64,000 bases of DNA from Phycisphaerales bacterium (GCA_965227775.1 OZ245777.1:3262142-3326141), one strand, 5' to 3'; shown: positions 1 through 9,682, counted from the stretch's first letter. A program made the numbers and translations. Notes: a model not told the origin generated them from the letters alone.

Positions 1-1513
1 CGGCCGCAACGCGGTGATCTCGGCCGAGAGCGGGGACAGTGGCTCCATCGTCGGGCCGTGGACGAGCGAGGCAACGATCATCAAGGACGGGCCCGGCACG
101 CTGAACGCCAGCGGGCTGGACATCACCGGCGGCACGCTGCGCAGCAACAACGGCGGGCTGCTGATCCTCGGCAACGCAACTGTGACCGGCGCGACCTTCG
201 AGGTCGGGCCCGATTCCCGGTTCGTGACCAACCAGAACACGGTCGTCTCGGCCTCGACCTTCGAGGGCGAGTTCACGATCCGCGGCGGGCAGGACATCAC
301 GTTCGGCGGCGGCGTGTTCCTGCGAGACGGCCTGATCATCAACGACCCCGGCGGCAGCGGCACCGCCAGGCTGTTTGTGGAGGATCGCGTCACGCTCAGT
401 GGCCCCATCCGGCTGGAGGGCGCAACCTCGGGCGGGCAGATCATCGGGCTGGGCGACGAGCACTTCCTCGGGCCCGACGCGGTCATCTCCGGCGAGCGCG
501 GGTCGATCGTCGGGCCGTGGACGAGCGAGGCGACGATCATCAAGGATGAGCCGGGCGGCTTCGGCCTCTCGGGCCTGAACATCGTCGGGGGCACGCTGCA
601 CGCCAGCAACGGCGGGCGGCTGGACATCGCCGGTGCCAGGATCCTCAACACAACCATCGAAGCGGGGCCGGGCGGCATCTTCCGCACGACGCGCGACACC
701 AACGTGTCGGACTCAACCATCGTGGGCGACTACACGATCTTGAGCGGGCAACGCCTCACGTTCGACTTTGGCGTGGAAGTGCAGGGCAGCCTGACCATCA
801 ACGCGCCGGGCATCGCCGCCCAGACGGAGCTTTACGTTGAGAACGGCGTGACGCTCGACTTCCCGATCCGTTTGGCGGGCGCGGGGGGCAGCCGGCTCTT
901 CGGGCTCGGCGACTCCCACGCGCTCGGGCCCGACGCGATCATCACCGGCGCCAACGGCAGGCTCATTGGATCGTGGAACAGCGGAGCAACGATCTCTCCC
1001 GGAGACGCGACCAGCCCCATCGGCCTGCTCGAATTCAGCGGGCCGGCACTGACACTGACGCCGCACTCGCGCCTTGAGATCGACTTGGCGGGGACTGGCG
1101 ACGACGAGTTCGACCGCTTCGAGGGCGTTGCGTTTCCCCCCGGGCCCACCACCGCCGTCATCGAGCTCGACGGCGCTCTCGAAGTCGGCTTCGCCCACGA
1201 TTTTGCGCCAGACGAGCGCGACCGGTTCGAGATCATCCGAGCGGCGGCGGTCGACGGCACGTTCGCCAGCATCGACATCGAGCCGGTCGGGGCCGTCGGT
1301 CCAGCCCACGTCGTGTACACGGGCGACGCGGTTGTAGTCGTGATCTGCGCCGCCGACCGCGACGGCGACGGCGAGCTGACCATCTTCGACTTCCTCGCGT
1401 TCCAGAACCAGTTCGACGCGGGCGATCTGCGAGCAGACCTGGATGGTGATGGTGAGCTGACCATATTTGATTTCCTGGTGTTCCAGAACCGCTTCGACGC
1501 CGGATGTTCGTAG
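1..1513 (+). CDS. Large surface/secreted protein (5' truncated) with Gly-rich beta-helix-like repeats and C-terminal GC-type dockerin-like anchor
   Basis: Frame open from the left edge. ~153-aa internal repeat (GSIVGPWTSEATIIKD twice). C-terminus CAADRDGDGELTIFDFLAFQNQFDAGD..ADLDGDGELTIFDFLVFQNRFDAGCS. Confidence 0.85.
   Translation, partial: GRNAVISAESGDSGSIVGPWTSEATIIKDGPGTLNASGLDITGGTLRSNNGGLLILGNATVTGATFEVGPDSRFVTNQNTVVSASTFEGEFTIRGGQDITFGGGVFLRDGLIINDPGGSGTARLFVEDRVTLSGPIRLEGATSGGQIIGLGDEHFLGPDAVISGERGSIVGPWTSEATIIKDEPGGFGLSGLNIVGGTLHASNGGRLDIAGARILNTTIEAGPGGIFRTTRDTNVSDSTIVGDYTILSGQRLTFDFGVEVQGSLTINAPGIAAQTELYVENGVTLDFPIRLAGAGGSRLFGLGDSHALGPDAIITGANGRLIGSWNSGATISPGDATSPIGLLEFSGPALTLTPHSRLEIDLAGTGDDEFDRFEGVAFPPGPTTAVIELDGALEVGFAHDFAPDERDRFEIIRAAAVDGTFASIDIEPVGAVGPAHVVYTGDAVVVVICAADRDGDGELTIFDFLAFQNQFDAGDLRADLDGDGELTIFDFLVFQNRFDAGCS
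47..546 (+). repeat. Intragenic direct repeat, period 459 bp (153 aa)
   Basis: atcgtcgggccgtggacgagcgaggc..acgatcatcaagga starts at 47 and at 506. Confidence 0.85.
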
Positions 1514-1598
1514 TTCGCATAGCGCTGCGTAGAGCTCGCAAGCCCCTAAGGCGTTGACACGCGGAAGACGCCAGGCCGAGGCAACGTCGCGACACGCA

Positions 1599-2042
1599 TC
1601 AATCCGCCGCTGCGACGAGGTTCGTTTCCGCCGCCGCCCTCGTCTCAACCACCAACCGCCGCTGCGCTTCCGTCGGAAGCGAGCACTGCTCGACGCGGCC
1701 AAAGACCTTGTAGCGGTGCCGCGCGATGAACCGGTAGCAGGCGTCGCGGATGGGGCGGGGCATGATCTTGAGCATGGCCGCGAGCGACCAGGGGAACCTG
1801 AGCAGGCGGGCAATGGCGATGGCGGCGTTGCTCTCCACGCGCGCATGATCCTCGTAGATCAGCACGATGGAGTCGATGGACTCGGAGACTTTGAAGCGTT
1901 CGAGCAGGTAGCGGCCCGCCTCGCTCTCGAGCGGTGCGTAACGGAGTAGCTGTTTCCGGTCGAGCCGGGTCAGCAGCCGCACCGTACGGTCGCAGAAGGC
2001 GCAGGTGCCGTCGAAGAGGACGATGGGGTGCGGGTCGGGCAT
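1599..2042 (-). CDS. DCC1-like (DUF393) thiol-disulfide oxidoreductase family protein
   Basis: N-terminal IVLFDGTCAFC (DxxCxxC); C-terminal RDACYRFIARHRYKVFG typical of the family. Confidence 0.9.
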   Translation of the reverse strand: MPDPHPIVLFDGTCAFCDRTVRLLTRLDRKQLLRYAPLESEAGRYLLERFKVSESIDSIVLIYEDHARVESNAAIAIARLLRFPWSLAAMLKIMPRPIRDACYRFIARHRYKVFGRVEQCSLPTEAQRRLVVETRAAAETNLVAAAD

Positions 2043-2109
2043 GAAAGCGCAGGGGCTGCAAATTGGCGCAAGGGCTGCGCCCGGGTCGCAGGCTGTGACT
2101 GGAGCCAAG

Positions 2110-2182
2110 AGCCGCCTGTCGGACTCGAACCGACGACCTGCGGTTTACAAAACCGCTGCTCTACCAACTGAGCTAAGGCGGC
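2110..2182 (-). tRNA. tRNA-Thr(TGT), CCA not encoded
   Basis: Reverse complement GCCGCCTTAGCTCAGTTGGTAGAGCAGCGGTTTTGTAAACCGCAGGTCGTCGGTTCGAGTCCGACAGGCGGCT folds as a cloverleaf with anticodon TGT. Confidence 0.97.
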
Positions 2183-2206
2183 GTGGGCACTCCGACGCTG
2201 CATGGG

Positions 2207-2230
2207 CCGCCGGTTGGCACGCGAGTTGAG
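2207..2230 (+). promoter_or_regulatory. Putative sigma54 (-24/-12) promoter of the flgF operon
   Basis: TGGCACG-cgag-TTGA with canonical spacing; 23/24 identical to 4136-4159. Confidence 0.65.
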
Positions 2231-2276
2231 TGTATCCGCCCGCGGGACGGCATCGACCCCTCCCGGGAGGCAGATC

Positions 2277-2483
2277 ATGCGCGAATCCCACGCCAGCACC
2301 CACCGGCCAGGCAGCCCCCAGAAACCCGAACTTGGCGCCGCGACCCTCCAAGAGATGCTCCGGCGCGGCGAGATCGGCGGGCAGGCGCTCGGGCTCGTCC
2401 AACTGGTCGCGGCCCAGAGCGATCAAGAGGGTCCGTGCACTCCTGCTGGCCGCTCGGACCAGAACCTCTGGGAGTGCAACTGA
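2277..2483 (+). CDS. Small hypothetical protein (68 aa) heading the flagellar operon
   Basis: GGGAGG upstream of the ATG; stop TGA abuts the flgF ATG; no recognisable domain. Confidence 0.35.
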   Translation: MRESHASTHRPGSPQKPELGAATLQEMLRRGEIGGQALGLVQLVAAQSDQEGPCTPAGRSDQNLWECN

Positions 2484-3272
2484 ATGCAGCAGGGCATGCG
2501 CATCTCGGCCTCAGGGGCCCTGGTCTCGCTGTACCGTACCGACGTCGCGGCGGCCAACCTGGCAAACGTGAACACCACGGCCTTCAAGCCCGACAGCGCG
2601 ACGGCCCAGGGCCGCACGTTCGTCCGGGCCGAGGATGGGCTGCCATTCATGCCTAGCGATCCTCTCTTAGAGCAACTGGGCGCGGGCGTGCTGGCTGGGC
2701 CCCGGCGGGTGAGCTTCGAGCAAGGCCCACTGCAACAGACCGGCAACGATCTCGACCTCGCCATCGAAGGCGACGGGTTCTTCCTCGTCTCGGTCGCCAC
2801 CACCGAGGGCGAGCAGACACAGTTGACACGCGACGGCCGGTTTACGCGCGACGATCGCGGCTTCCTCGTCCAGAGCACGAGCGGGCTGCCCGTCCTATCT
2901 CCCGGCGGCGGGCCGATCGTGCTGCCCGATGAGCCGGTGACCATTGACGTCCAAGGCTTCATTTACGACATCGACGGCGCCGTGCTCGGCCGGGTCGGTG
3001 TTGTGAGCGTGCCCGACCAATCTCGTCTGCTCAAGCGTGGTGAGGGGCTCTATGAGGCACCCCAGCAGGTCTTGGATGAGGCGATCAGCCAGCCCCTGCA
3101 GAGCGGTGTGCTCGTACGACAGGGCATGCTCGAGGGCTCGGCCGTCGACCCCATCAAGGCGCTCATGGAAGTGACCAACGCCGGCAAGAGCGTGTCGAGC
3201 AACACCCGGATGATTGGCTACCACGACCAGTTGCTCGACCAGGCCATCAACACGTTCGCACGCGTCGGCTGA
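2484..3272 (+). CDS. flgF: Flagellar basal-body rod protein FlgF
   Basis: ANLANVNTTAFK, TGNDLDLAIEGDGFF, TRDGRF, LEGSAVD; lies directly before flgG. Confidence 0.85.
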   Translation: MQQGMRISASGALVSLYRTDVAAANLANVNTTAFKPDSATAQGRTFVRAEDGLPFMPSDPLLEQLGAGVLAGPRRVSFEQGPLQQTGNDLDLAIEGDGFFLVSVATTEGEQTQLTRDGRFTRDDRGFLVQSTSGLPVLSPGGGPIVLPDEPVTIDVQGFIYDIDGAVLGRVGVVSVPDQSRLLKRGEGLYEAPQQVLDEAISQPLQSGVLVRQGMLEGSAVDPIKALMEVTNAGKSVSSNTRMIGYHDQLLDQAINTFARVG

Positions 3273-3311
3273 GACCCCGATTCGCTGATTTCTTGAGGAG
3301 AGACGCCGCCC

Positions 3312-4124
3312 ATGGCCGCCATCGCACTGCAATCCGCCGCCTCGGGCCTGCGAGCCCTCTCGACACGCCTCGATGTCACGGCGAACAACCTGGCCAACGT
3401 CAATACCGAGGGATTCAAGGCGAGCCGGGCGAACTTCCAAGACCTGTACTACATCGAGCGGCAGCAGCCCGGCGTCGAGACCGCGACCGGCGACCAGCGG
3501 CCGACCGGCCTCTACGTCGGCCTGGGCGTCAAGGTCAGCGGCACGCAGGTGAGCTTCGAGCAGGGCGCTCCGATCGAGACCGGCAACGATCTGGACATCT
3601 ACATCGAGGGCGACGGCTTCTTCCAGGTGCAGGTCGAAGACTCGATCGCCCCGGGCGGCATCGCGTACACCCGGGCGGGCAATTTCACGCTCAACGCCGA
3701 CGGCGAGATCGTGCTAGCCAACAGCGAGGGCCGCAGGCTGGTGGACGGCATCGAGATCCCCGACGACGCGATCCGACCCATCGAGATCTCGGCCGACGGG
3801 CAGGTGTGGGTCCGTGTGCCAGGCAACGAAGCCCTGCAGTCAGTCGGCCAGATCGAGCTGGCGACATTCATCAACAACAAGGGCCTGAAGCAGTTGGGCA
3901 ACAACCTTTTCGCCGAGACAGTTGCCAGCGGTGCCCCCTCTGTCGGCGCTCCGCTCGAAGACAGCCGCGGCGGCCTGCGTAACAACGCGCTGGAGTCGAG
4001 CAACGTCGATCCGACGCGCGAGCTCATCGAGCTCATCCGCACACAGCGGGCGTTTGAGATGAACAGCCAGTCCATCCGTACGGCCGACGAGGCACTCTCG
4101 ACGATCTCGCAGCTCCGCCGATAG
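3312..4124 (+). CDS. flgG: Flagellar distal rod protein FlgG
   Basis: ANNLANVNTEGFK..FQDLYY, GLGVKV, YTRAGNF, LESSNVD, QRAFEMNSQSI. Confidence 0.95.
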   Translation: MAAIALQSAASGLRALSTRLDVTANNLANVNTEGFKASRANFQDLYYIERQQPGVETATGDQRPTGLYVGLGVKVSGTQVSFEQGAPIETGNDLDIYIEGDGFFQVQVEDSIAPGGIAYTRAGNFTLNADGEIVLANSEGRRLVDGIEIPDDAIRPIEISADGQVWVRVPGNEALQSVGQIELATFINNKGLKQLGNNLFAETVASGAPSVGAPLEDSRGGLRNNALESSNVDPTRELIELIRTQRAFEMNSQSIRTADEALSTISQLRR

Positions 4125-4135
4125 CGACCGAGCGA

Positions 4136-4159
4136 CCGCCGGTTGGCACGCCAGTTGAG
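4136..4159 (+). promoter_or_regulatory. Putative sigma54 promoter upstream of flgA
   Basis: TGGCACG-ccag-TTGA; duplicate of 2207-2230. Confidence 0.65.
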
Positions 4160-4181
4160 GTTGCATGGTCGGAGAGTCACC

Positions 4182-5207
4182 ATGCGCACCTTCTACGCCA
4201 TCCTGGTGGTCCTGCTCGCCGCGACGCGCGTTGCGGGGCAGGGCTCATCCACCATCACACTGCAGTCCACCGTGCTGGCGCCCGCGGGGCAGGATCTCAC
4301 GCTGGCAGACGTGGCCTCGCTACGCGGCGAAGAGGCCGAGCGGCTCGGCATCATCCGGATCGACCTCGGTGAGATCACCGCCGACCCGGCCGGCTGGCGC
4401 AGGATCGACGCGCAGGCCCTGCGCCCCCTGCTGGAAGAGTCCAACACCAACTGGGGCGTGCTCGCGCTCCGCGGCGGGCCCTGCTACGTACGCACCATTG
4501 CGATCTCACCCGAGGGTGATGAGCCATCTGGCGAACGGGCCGGCGTCGCGGGCCCGACGACCCCAGGCACCGTGCGGGCGCTCGCCGAACGCTGGATCGC
4601 CCAACGGTTCAACGTGCCACATCGCGACGTCGAGGTTCGCTGGACGTCGGCCACCGACGGCCTGCTCGACCATGCAACCGAGGGGCTCACGCCCTACTTC
4701 GATGACTCGGGTCTCTCAAGAACCATGCACATGGACATCGTCATGTACGACGATGATGCGGGTGTGGTCGTGCGGGGCTCTGCGAAAGCAGATGTGCGCA
4801 TCCGTCGCGACGTTGCCGTCATGACCCGTAGCGTGCGGGCCCGGCAGGTCATCACTCAGGCGGATGTTCGATTCGAGCGCCGGTGGCTCGATGCCGGTGA
4901 TTCGCCCGCTGCGAGCACCGCCGTGGTCGATTACGAGGCGGCGACCAACTTGAAAGCCGACGACGTGGTCGGCGCATCAGACGTCCGCGCCGCCATTGTG
5001 ATCCAGCGCAACGACCGCGTGCAGATCCGTGTCATCACGCCCACGATCACGCTCACCATGCTCGCCCGTGCCCGTGAAGACGGCCGGCCGGGTGAGGTCA
5101 TCACGTTCGAGAAGATCGCACCAACGCGAGCCGATCGGCTGCCGTTCCAGGCGCGCGTGGAAGCGCCCGGGTCGGCCGTCGTCGTGAGCAAAGGGGGAAC
5201 GCTGTGA
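4182..5207 (+). CDS. flgA: Flagellar P-ring formation chaperone FlgA
   Basis: Signal peptide, C-terminal SAF-like region (ARAREDGRPGEVI), position between flgG and flgH, GGAG SD. Confidence 0.8.
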   Translation: MRTFYAILVVLLAATRVAGQGSSTITLQSTVLAPAGQDLTLADVASLRGEEAERLGIIRIDLGEITADPAGWRRIDAQALRPLLEESNTNWGVLALRGGPCYVRTIAISPEGDEPSGERAGVAGPTTPGTVRALAERWIAQRFNVPHRDVEVRWTSATDGLLDHATEGLTPYFDDSGLSRTMHMDIVMYDDDAGVVVRGSAKADVRIRRDVAVMTRSVRARQVITQADVRFERRWLDAGDSPAASTAVVDYEAATNLKADDVVGASDVRAAIVIQRNDRVQIRVITPTITLTMLARAREDGRPGEVITFEKIAPTRADRLPFQARVEAPGSAVVVSKGGTL

Positions 5208-5869
5208 GAACCCTGATTGTGATGGCTCTGGCGGCGGCAACCACCGTTTCCGCGTTCGCCCAGTCGACGAGCCAGGCAGAGTCCACTCCCGTCGAGCGCG
5301 ACCCCGCCGCGAACCTGTATGGCGTCTCGTTGTTTGTCGTGAAGCCACCCGAGCCGCGCGCCTTCAAGATCCACGACATCATCACGATCATCGTCAATGA
5401 GTCGTCGACCCAAACCAGCGAACAAACGCTCGAGACGACCAAGGAAACCGAGGGCTCCGCCACACTCGGCGCGACACTCAGCATCGAAGAATTGCTCAAC
5501 CTCAGGCTCGAAAACAGCAGCGTCAGCGATCTGGAGCTGCTCCGCTACGCCGCGGAACGCGAGTTTGAGGGCGAGGGCGAGTACGAGCGCACCGATCGGA
5601 TCACTGACCGGCTGAGCGCCACCGTCATCGACGTGAAGCCCAACGGCGTGCTCGTGCTCGAGGCCAGGAGATTCACGGCCTCCGATGAAGAGACGAAGAC
5701 CGTCATCCTGAGCGGCAACTGCCGTTCGGAAGACGTGACCGAGCAGAACACGATCCAGAGCAACCAACTCGCCGACCTGCGGCTCGAGGTCAAGCACGAG
5801 GGCGACGTCCGCAAGGCGGCATCGAAGGGCCCGCTGACGCGCTTTGTCGAGTGGATCCTGCCGTTCTGA
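5204..5869 (+). CDS. flgH: Flagellar L-ring protein FlgH
   Basis: HDIITIIVNE, LSATVIDVKPNGVLVLE, NTIQSNQLADL. Confidence 0.92.
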   Translation: MRTLIVMALAAATTVSAFAQSTSQAESTPVERDPAANLYGVSLFVVKPPEPRAFKIHDIITIIVNESSTQTSEQTLETTKETEGSATLGATLSIEELLNLRLENSSVSDLELLRYAAEREFEGEGEYERTDRITDRLSATVIDVKPNGVLVLEARRFTASDEETKTVILSGNCRSEDVTEQNTIQSNQLADLRLEVKHEGDVRKAASKGPLTRFVEWILPF

Positions 5870-5879
5870 GGAAGAGCCA

Positions 5880-7010
5880 ATGCGCAACATGATCATCTCC
5901 ATTCTGGTCATCATGCTCGCAGCACCGGTGCTCGCACAGGTTGGTGCCATGCAGTCGCCCCAGCCGCTTGGCCGGCGGGCCGAGCTGGACATCCGCGAGC
6001 TTGTAGACTTTGCCGACGCGACCACGACCGAGCTCTTCGGCCTGGGGTTGGTCACCGGCCTGAGCGGCACGGGCGACCCGCTGGACAACAGCGCGACCGC
6101 CGAGCCGCTGATGGCGCTCATGCGTAGCCAGGGCCTGCCGGTGTCGAGCCCCGAGGAACTCGCCGACGCACGTTCGGTCGCGCTCGTGTGGGTGCGCGCG
6201 ACGATCCCGAACACTGGCGGACGCCGGGGCGACGAGTTCTCGGCCACAGTGACGTCGTTCAACGGCGCCACGAGCCTTGCTGGGGGTGAGCTCACGATCT
6301 CGCCGCTCCGCCACGCCATCCCAGGCGGCGAACTCCTCGGCTTCGCGCGCGGCAGCCTGATCATCGACAGCCAGGAAGCGCTGCAGAACGCCCGCATCCG
6401 CAACGGCGTCGAGCTCATCCGCGATATCGTGCCCATCGAGATCGGCGACGTGTTCGAGCTCAAGGTCAAGCAGCAGTACGCCGGCCACTCCGCGACCTCG
6501 CTCGTCGCTTCGACCATCAACGACGCGTACTACAACTCTGACGCGCTCGACTTGCCCCCGGTCGCCAAGCCTATCGACGACCGTATCGTGCAGATCAGCG
6601 TTCCGGCGGCCGACCGCGGCGCGCTCCCGCAATTCCTCGACTTCATCATGACGCGGCGTGTGCGAGACCCCGATCTGCTCAAGCTGCCGGCCCGCGTGAT
6701 TATCAACCGGAGCACCGGTGCGATCGTCGCGACGGCCAACGTCGACATCAGCCCGGTCGGCGTTGCGCACCAGGCGATGCAGCTCACGGTGACCCAGCCC
6801 GCGCCGGTCGCTACGCCACAGGCGCCCGTGACCAGCGAAGAAGTCTGGGCCGGCCTGGCGTCGACTCCCGATGGGCGGGAGACCGCAAAGCTGAGCGATC
6901 TCCTCGCAGCCTTCCGTGCGCTGGAGATGCCCGTCGCCCAGCAGATTCACATTCTGGAGATGATGGACACCAGCGGCGCCTTGCACGCCGACGTGGAGTA
7001 CATCGACTAG
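5880..7010 (+). CDS. flgI: Flagellar P-ring protein FlgI
   Basis: LFGLGLVTGLSGTGD, ATSLAGGEL, ARVIINRSTGAIV, SGALHA. Confidence 0.92.
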   Translation: MRNMIISILVIMLAAPVLAQVGAMQSPQPLGRRAELDIRELVDFADATTTELFGLGLVTGLSGTGDPLDNSATAEPLMALMRSQGLPVSSPEELADARSVALVWVRATIPNTGGRRGDEFSATVTSFNGATSLAGGELTISPLRHAIPGGELLGFARGSLIIDSQEALQNARIRNGVELIRDIVPIEIGDVFELKVKQQYAGHSATSLVASTINDAYYNSDALDLPPVAKPIDDRIVQISVPAADRGALPQFLDFIMTRRVRDPDLLKLPARVIINRSTGAIVATANVDISPVGVAHQAMQLTVTQPAPVATPQAPVTSEEVWAGLASTPDGRETAKLSDLLAAFRALEMPVAQQIHILEMMDTSGALHADVEYID

Positions 7011-7012
7011 CC

Positions 7013-7366
7013 ATGCGCATCGAACCGACCATCACGCCCCGCTCGGTCGTATACGAACGACAGCGCGACTTCTCGGCGGTCATCGCCCGAGACGACGCCA
7101 ACCCACGTGCCGAGGGATCAGCCCGCCGCGCCGCGGAGGACTTCGTCGCCCTCGCGTTCGTAGAGCCGCTGCTCGCGCAGATGCGCGAGAGCAACAACGC
7201 CGCGCCGCCGTTCGCCCCCGGGCCGGCTGAGAAGCAATTCGGAGAGATCATGGACCAGGTGCTGAGCCGGCAGATCGTGCGGGCGTCGAGATTCCCGCTC
7301 GTCGATCGGCTCGAGGCCGACCTGAGTCGCCAGCAAGCCAGGGCCACGGAGGGCCTCTTCGCATGA
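7013..7366 (+). CDS. flgJ: Rod-binding protein (FlgJ N-terminal domain only)
   Basis: AAEDFVALAFVEPLLAQMRE..EKQFGEIMDQ; follows flgI. Confidence 0.75.
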   Translation: MRIEPTITPRSVVYERQRDFSAVIARDDANPRAEGSARRAAEDFVALAFVEPLLAQMRESNNAAPPFAPGPAEKQFGEIMDQVLSRQIVRASRFPLVDRLEADLSRQQARATEGLFA

Positions 7367-7875
7367 AGCACGTGCTCGAACACGCAAATCGTCTCGTCGT
7401 CGCGATCGACGCGATCGCGCGCACGAACGAAGCGCTGGCGGTTCTCGCTCGCGAGCAGCGATCAGCAATTGCCGGTATGCGTACCGATGAGGTCGGGGAG
7501 ATCGTTGCCAAGCAGCGTGAGATCGGGCGCGAGTTGGCCGACGCCGAGGAGTCGCGACGCGCCTCTGTCAACGCACTGTCCCAATCGCTCAAGCTCCCAG
7601 CGGCCGCGAGCCTCACCGATCTTGCTCGCACGGTCGAGCGGTACGACGCCAACGTCGGCAAGGCCCTTGCAACAGCCGCCGACCGGGCCCGCAGAGCCGT
7701 GCTCGAGTGTCGCGAGCAGCAACGCGTCGTGCATGCGGCCGCGGGTGGCGTGGTCGCCCATCTCGACGGGTTGGCACGCCAGGTGCTGGCCCACGTCAAC
7801 CGTGCGGGTGTGTATGCGGCGACCGGCGCCCTCTCGGGCAGCCAGGCCGTGCGAGGGGTCGACCTTGTCTCGTAG
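7363..7875 (+). CDS. flgN: Flagellar export chaperone FlgN
   Basis: Helical 170-aa protein directly before flgK, with C-terminal GVY motif. Confidence 0.7.
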   Translation: MKHVLEHANRLVVAIDAIARTNEALAVLAREQRSAIAGMRTDEVGEIVAKQREIGRELADAEESRRASVNALSQSLKLPAAASLTDLARTVERYDANVGKALATAADRARRAVLECREQQRVVHAAAGGVVAHLDGLARQVLAHVNRAGVYAATGALSGSQAVRGVDLVS

Positions 7876-7908
7876 CGAACGGCCAACACGCCGCGGAGGA
7901 ACGACGCC

Positions 7909-9651
7909 ATGGGCCTGACCTCTGCTCTGCGCATCGGCGCTAGCGCGCTCTCGACGCATCAGCTCGGCGTGCAGATTACCGGCAACAACATGGCCAACGT
8001 GGCCACGCCGGGGTATGCGCGCCGTTCGCTGCTGCTCTCGCCGCTCGAGTCCAACGATCCTTTCCAGAGCTTCCAGTCGGGCAGCGGGGTCGGCCCCCAG
8101 TCGCTCAACCGCGTCATCGACGAGGCGGTGCTCGCTCGGCTCCGCGGCCAGATCGCCCGCGAGCGCGAGTCCAGCCAGACCCTCCAGACGCTCGCATCAC
8201 TCGAATCGGCTATTGGCGAGCTTAGCGAGACCGGCCTGACCAGCCAGCTCACCGACTTCTTCGGTTCCTGGTCCGACCGCTCCACGCTCGTTGCGTCCGA
8301 CGGCGTCGTCGTCCAGCAAGCCGAGACGCTCGTCAGCAATATCCAGCGCATCCGCCAGGACCTCGTGCAGCAGAAGCGCCAGACCGACGGCCTGCTCGAC
8401 ACGCTCGTGCCCCGCGTCGATGACCTGCTGGGCGAGGTCGCCGCGATCAACAAGGACATCGCCAGGGCCCGGGTTGGCGGTGGTGATACCTCCACGCTGC
8501 AAGACCAGCGCGACCGCGTACTCGACGAGCTTGCCGGCCTGATCGACATCGACACGGTCGAACGCGAGTCGGGCATCGTGGACGTGTACGTCGGCAGCAC
8601 ACCCATGGTGCTCGCCGGCGACAGCCGCGGCATCGAACTGCGACGCGAGAACATCGACGGCGTCGAGCAGGTCTCAGTGCGCACCAAGGCCGACGGCTCG
8701 CAGCTCCCGGTCATCTCGGGGCAGGTCGGCGCGCTTCTCGACGCCCGCGACAACGCGGTGGGCGAAACGCTTGAGCAGCTCGATCGCCTAGCAGCCGAGC
8801 TCATCTTCCAAACCAACAAGATCCACGCGACGGCGAGCGGGCCGGATGGGCTGACAGAAGCAACCAGCCAGCTCCGCACACCGCCGAACGATCGGCTGTT
8901 GCCGCTGAACGCGCAGGGCAACCCCACCACTGCCGACCTGCCCTTCGAGTTCCAAAACGGCTCGTTCCTGGTGCACGTGCAGAACCCGGCGACAGGCACG
9001 AGCGAAGCAACGCGCATCGAGGTCGACCTGGATGGCCTGGGCGACGATGGCACCGCCGGCAGCATCGACGACGCATCGATGGAATCGATCCGCCAGACAC
9101 TCGATCAGGTCGACGGCATCTCGGCAGACTTCACCGCCGACGGCCGCTTGCGTGTGATCGGCGAGAACGGTGCACGGTTCAGCTTCAGCGAGGACAGCAG
9201 CGGACTGCTCGGCGCTATCGGCATGAACGCGTTCTTCGAGGGCACCAGCGCCGACGACATCGCCGTGCGCGGCGACATCGCCGATGATCCGTCGCTGCTG
9301 CAAGTCGGCCGAATCGGTTCGGACGGTGAGTATCGAGAGAACGCCGCCGCCCTGGACATGGCCAAGCTGCAGGACGGCGGATTCGAGGCCCTCGGCGGGC
9401 AGAACCTCAACGAGTTCTGGACGACCGTGGCCGGCAACGTGGGTGCACGGGTCGATTCGGCCCGCACGAACGCTGAAGCCGCGGCGGTGGTTCGCGAGTC
9501 GATCGAGGCCCAGCGCGCCGCCACCAGCGGCGTGAGCCTTGACGAAGAGGCCATCAACCTCGTCACGCATCAGCAGGCCTATCAGGGCGCCGCCCGGTTC
9601 ATCGCGGTCGTAGACCAGTTGCAGCAGGAGCTGCTGGCGGTGTTCAGCTAA
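7909..9651 (+). CDS. flgK: Hook-associated protein FlgK
   Basis: GNNMANVATPGYAR; SGVSLDEEAINLV..QQAYQGAAR. Confidence 0.95.
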   Translation: MGLTSALRIGASALSTHQLGVQITGNNMANVATPGYARRSLLLSPLESNDPFQSFQSGSGVGPQSLNRVIDEAVLARLRGQIARERESSQTLQTLASLESAIGELSETGLTSQLTDFFGSWSDRSTLVASDGVVVQQAETLVSNIQRIRQDLVQQKRQTDGLLDTLVPRVDDLLGEVAAINKDIARARVGGGDTSTLQDQRDRVLDELAGLIDIDTVERESGIVDVYVGSTPMVLAGDSRGIELRRENIDGVEQVSVRTKADGSQLPVISGQVGALLDARDNAVGETLEQLDRLAAELIFQTNKIHATASGPDGLTEATSQLRTPPNDRLLPLNAQGNPTTADLPFEFQNGSFLVHVQNPATGTSEATRIEVDLDGLGDDGTAGSIDDASMESIRQTLDQVDGISADFTADGRLRVIGENGARFSFSEDSSGLLGAIGMNAFFEGTSADDIAVRGDIADDPSLLQVGRIGSDGEYRENAAALDMAKLQDGGFEALGGQNLNEFWTTVAGNVGARVDSARTNAEAAAVVRESIEAQRAATSGVSLDEEAINLVTHQQAYQGAARFIAVVDQLQQELLAVFS

Positions 9652-9682
9652 TGGCGCACACCCCCACCATCGGAGGCAGGCC

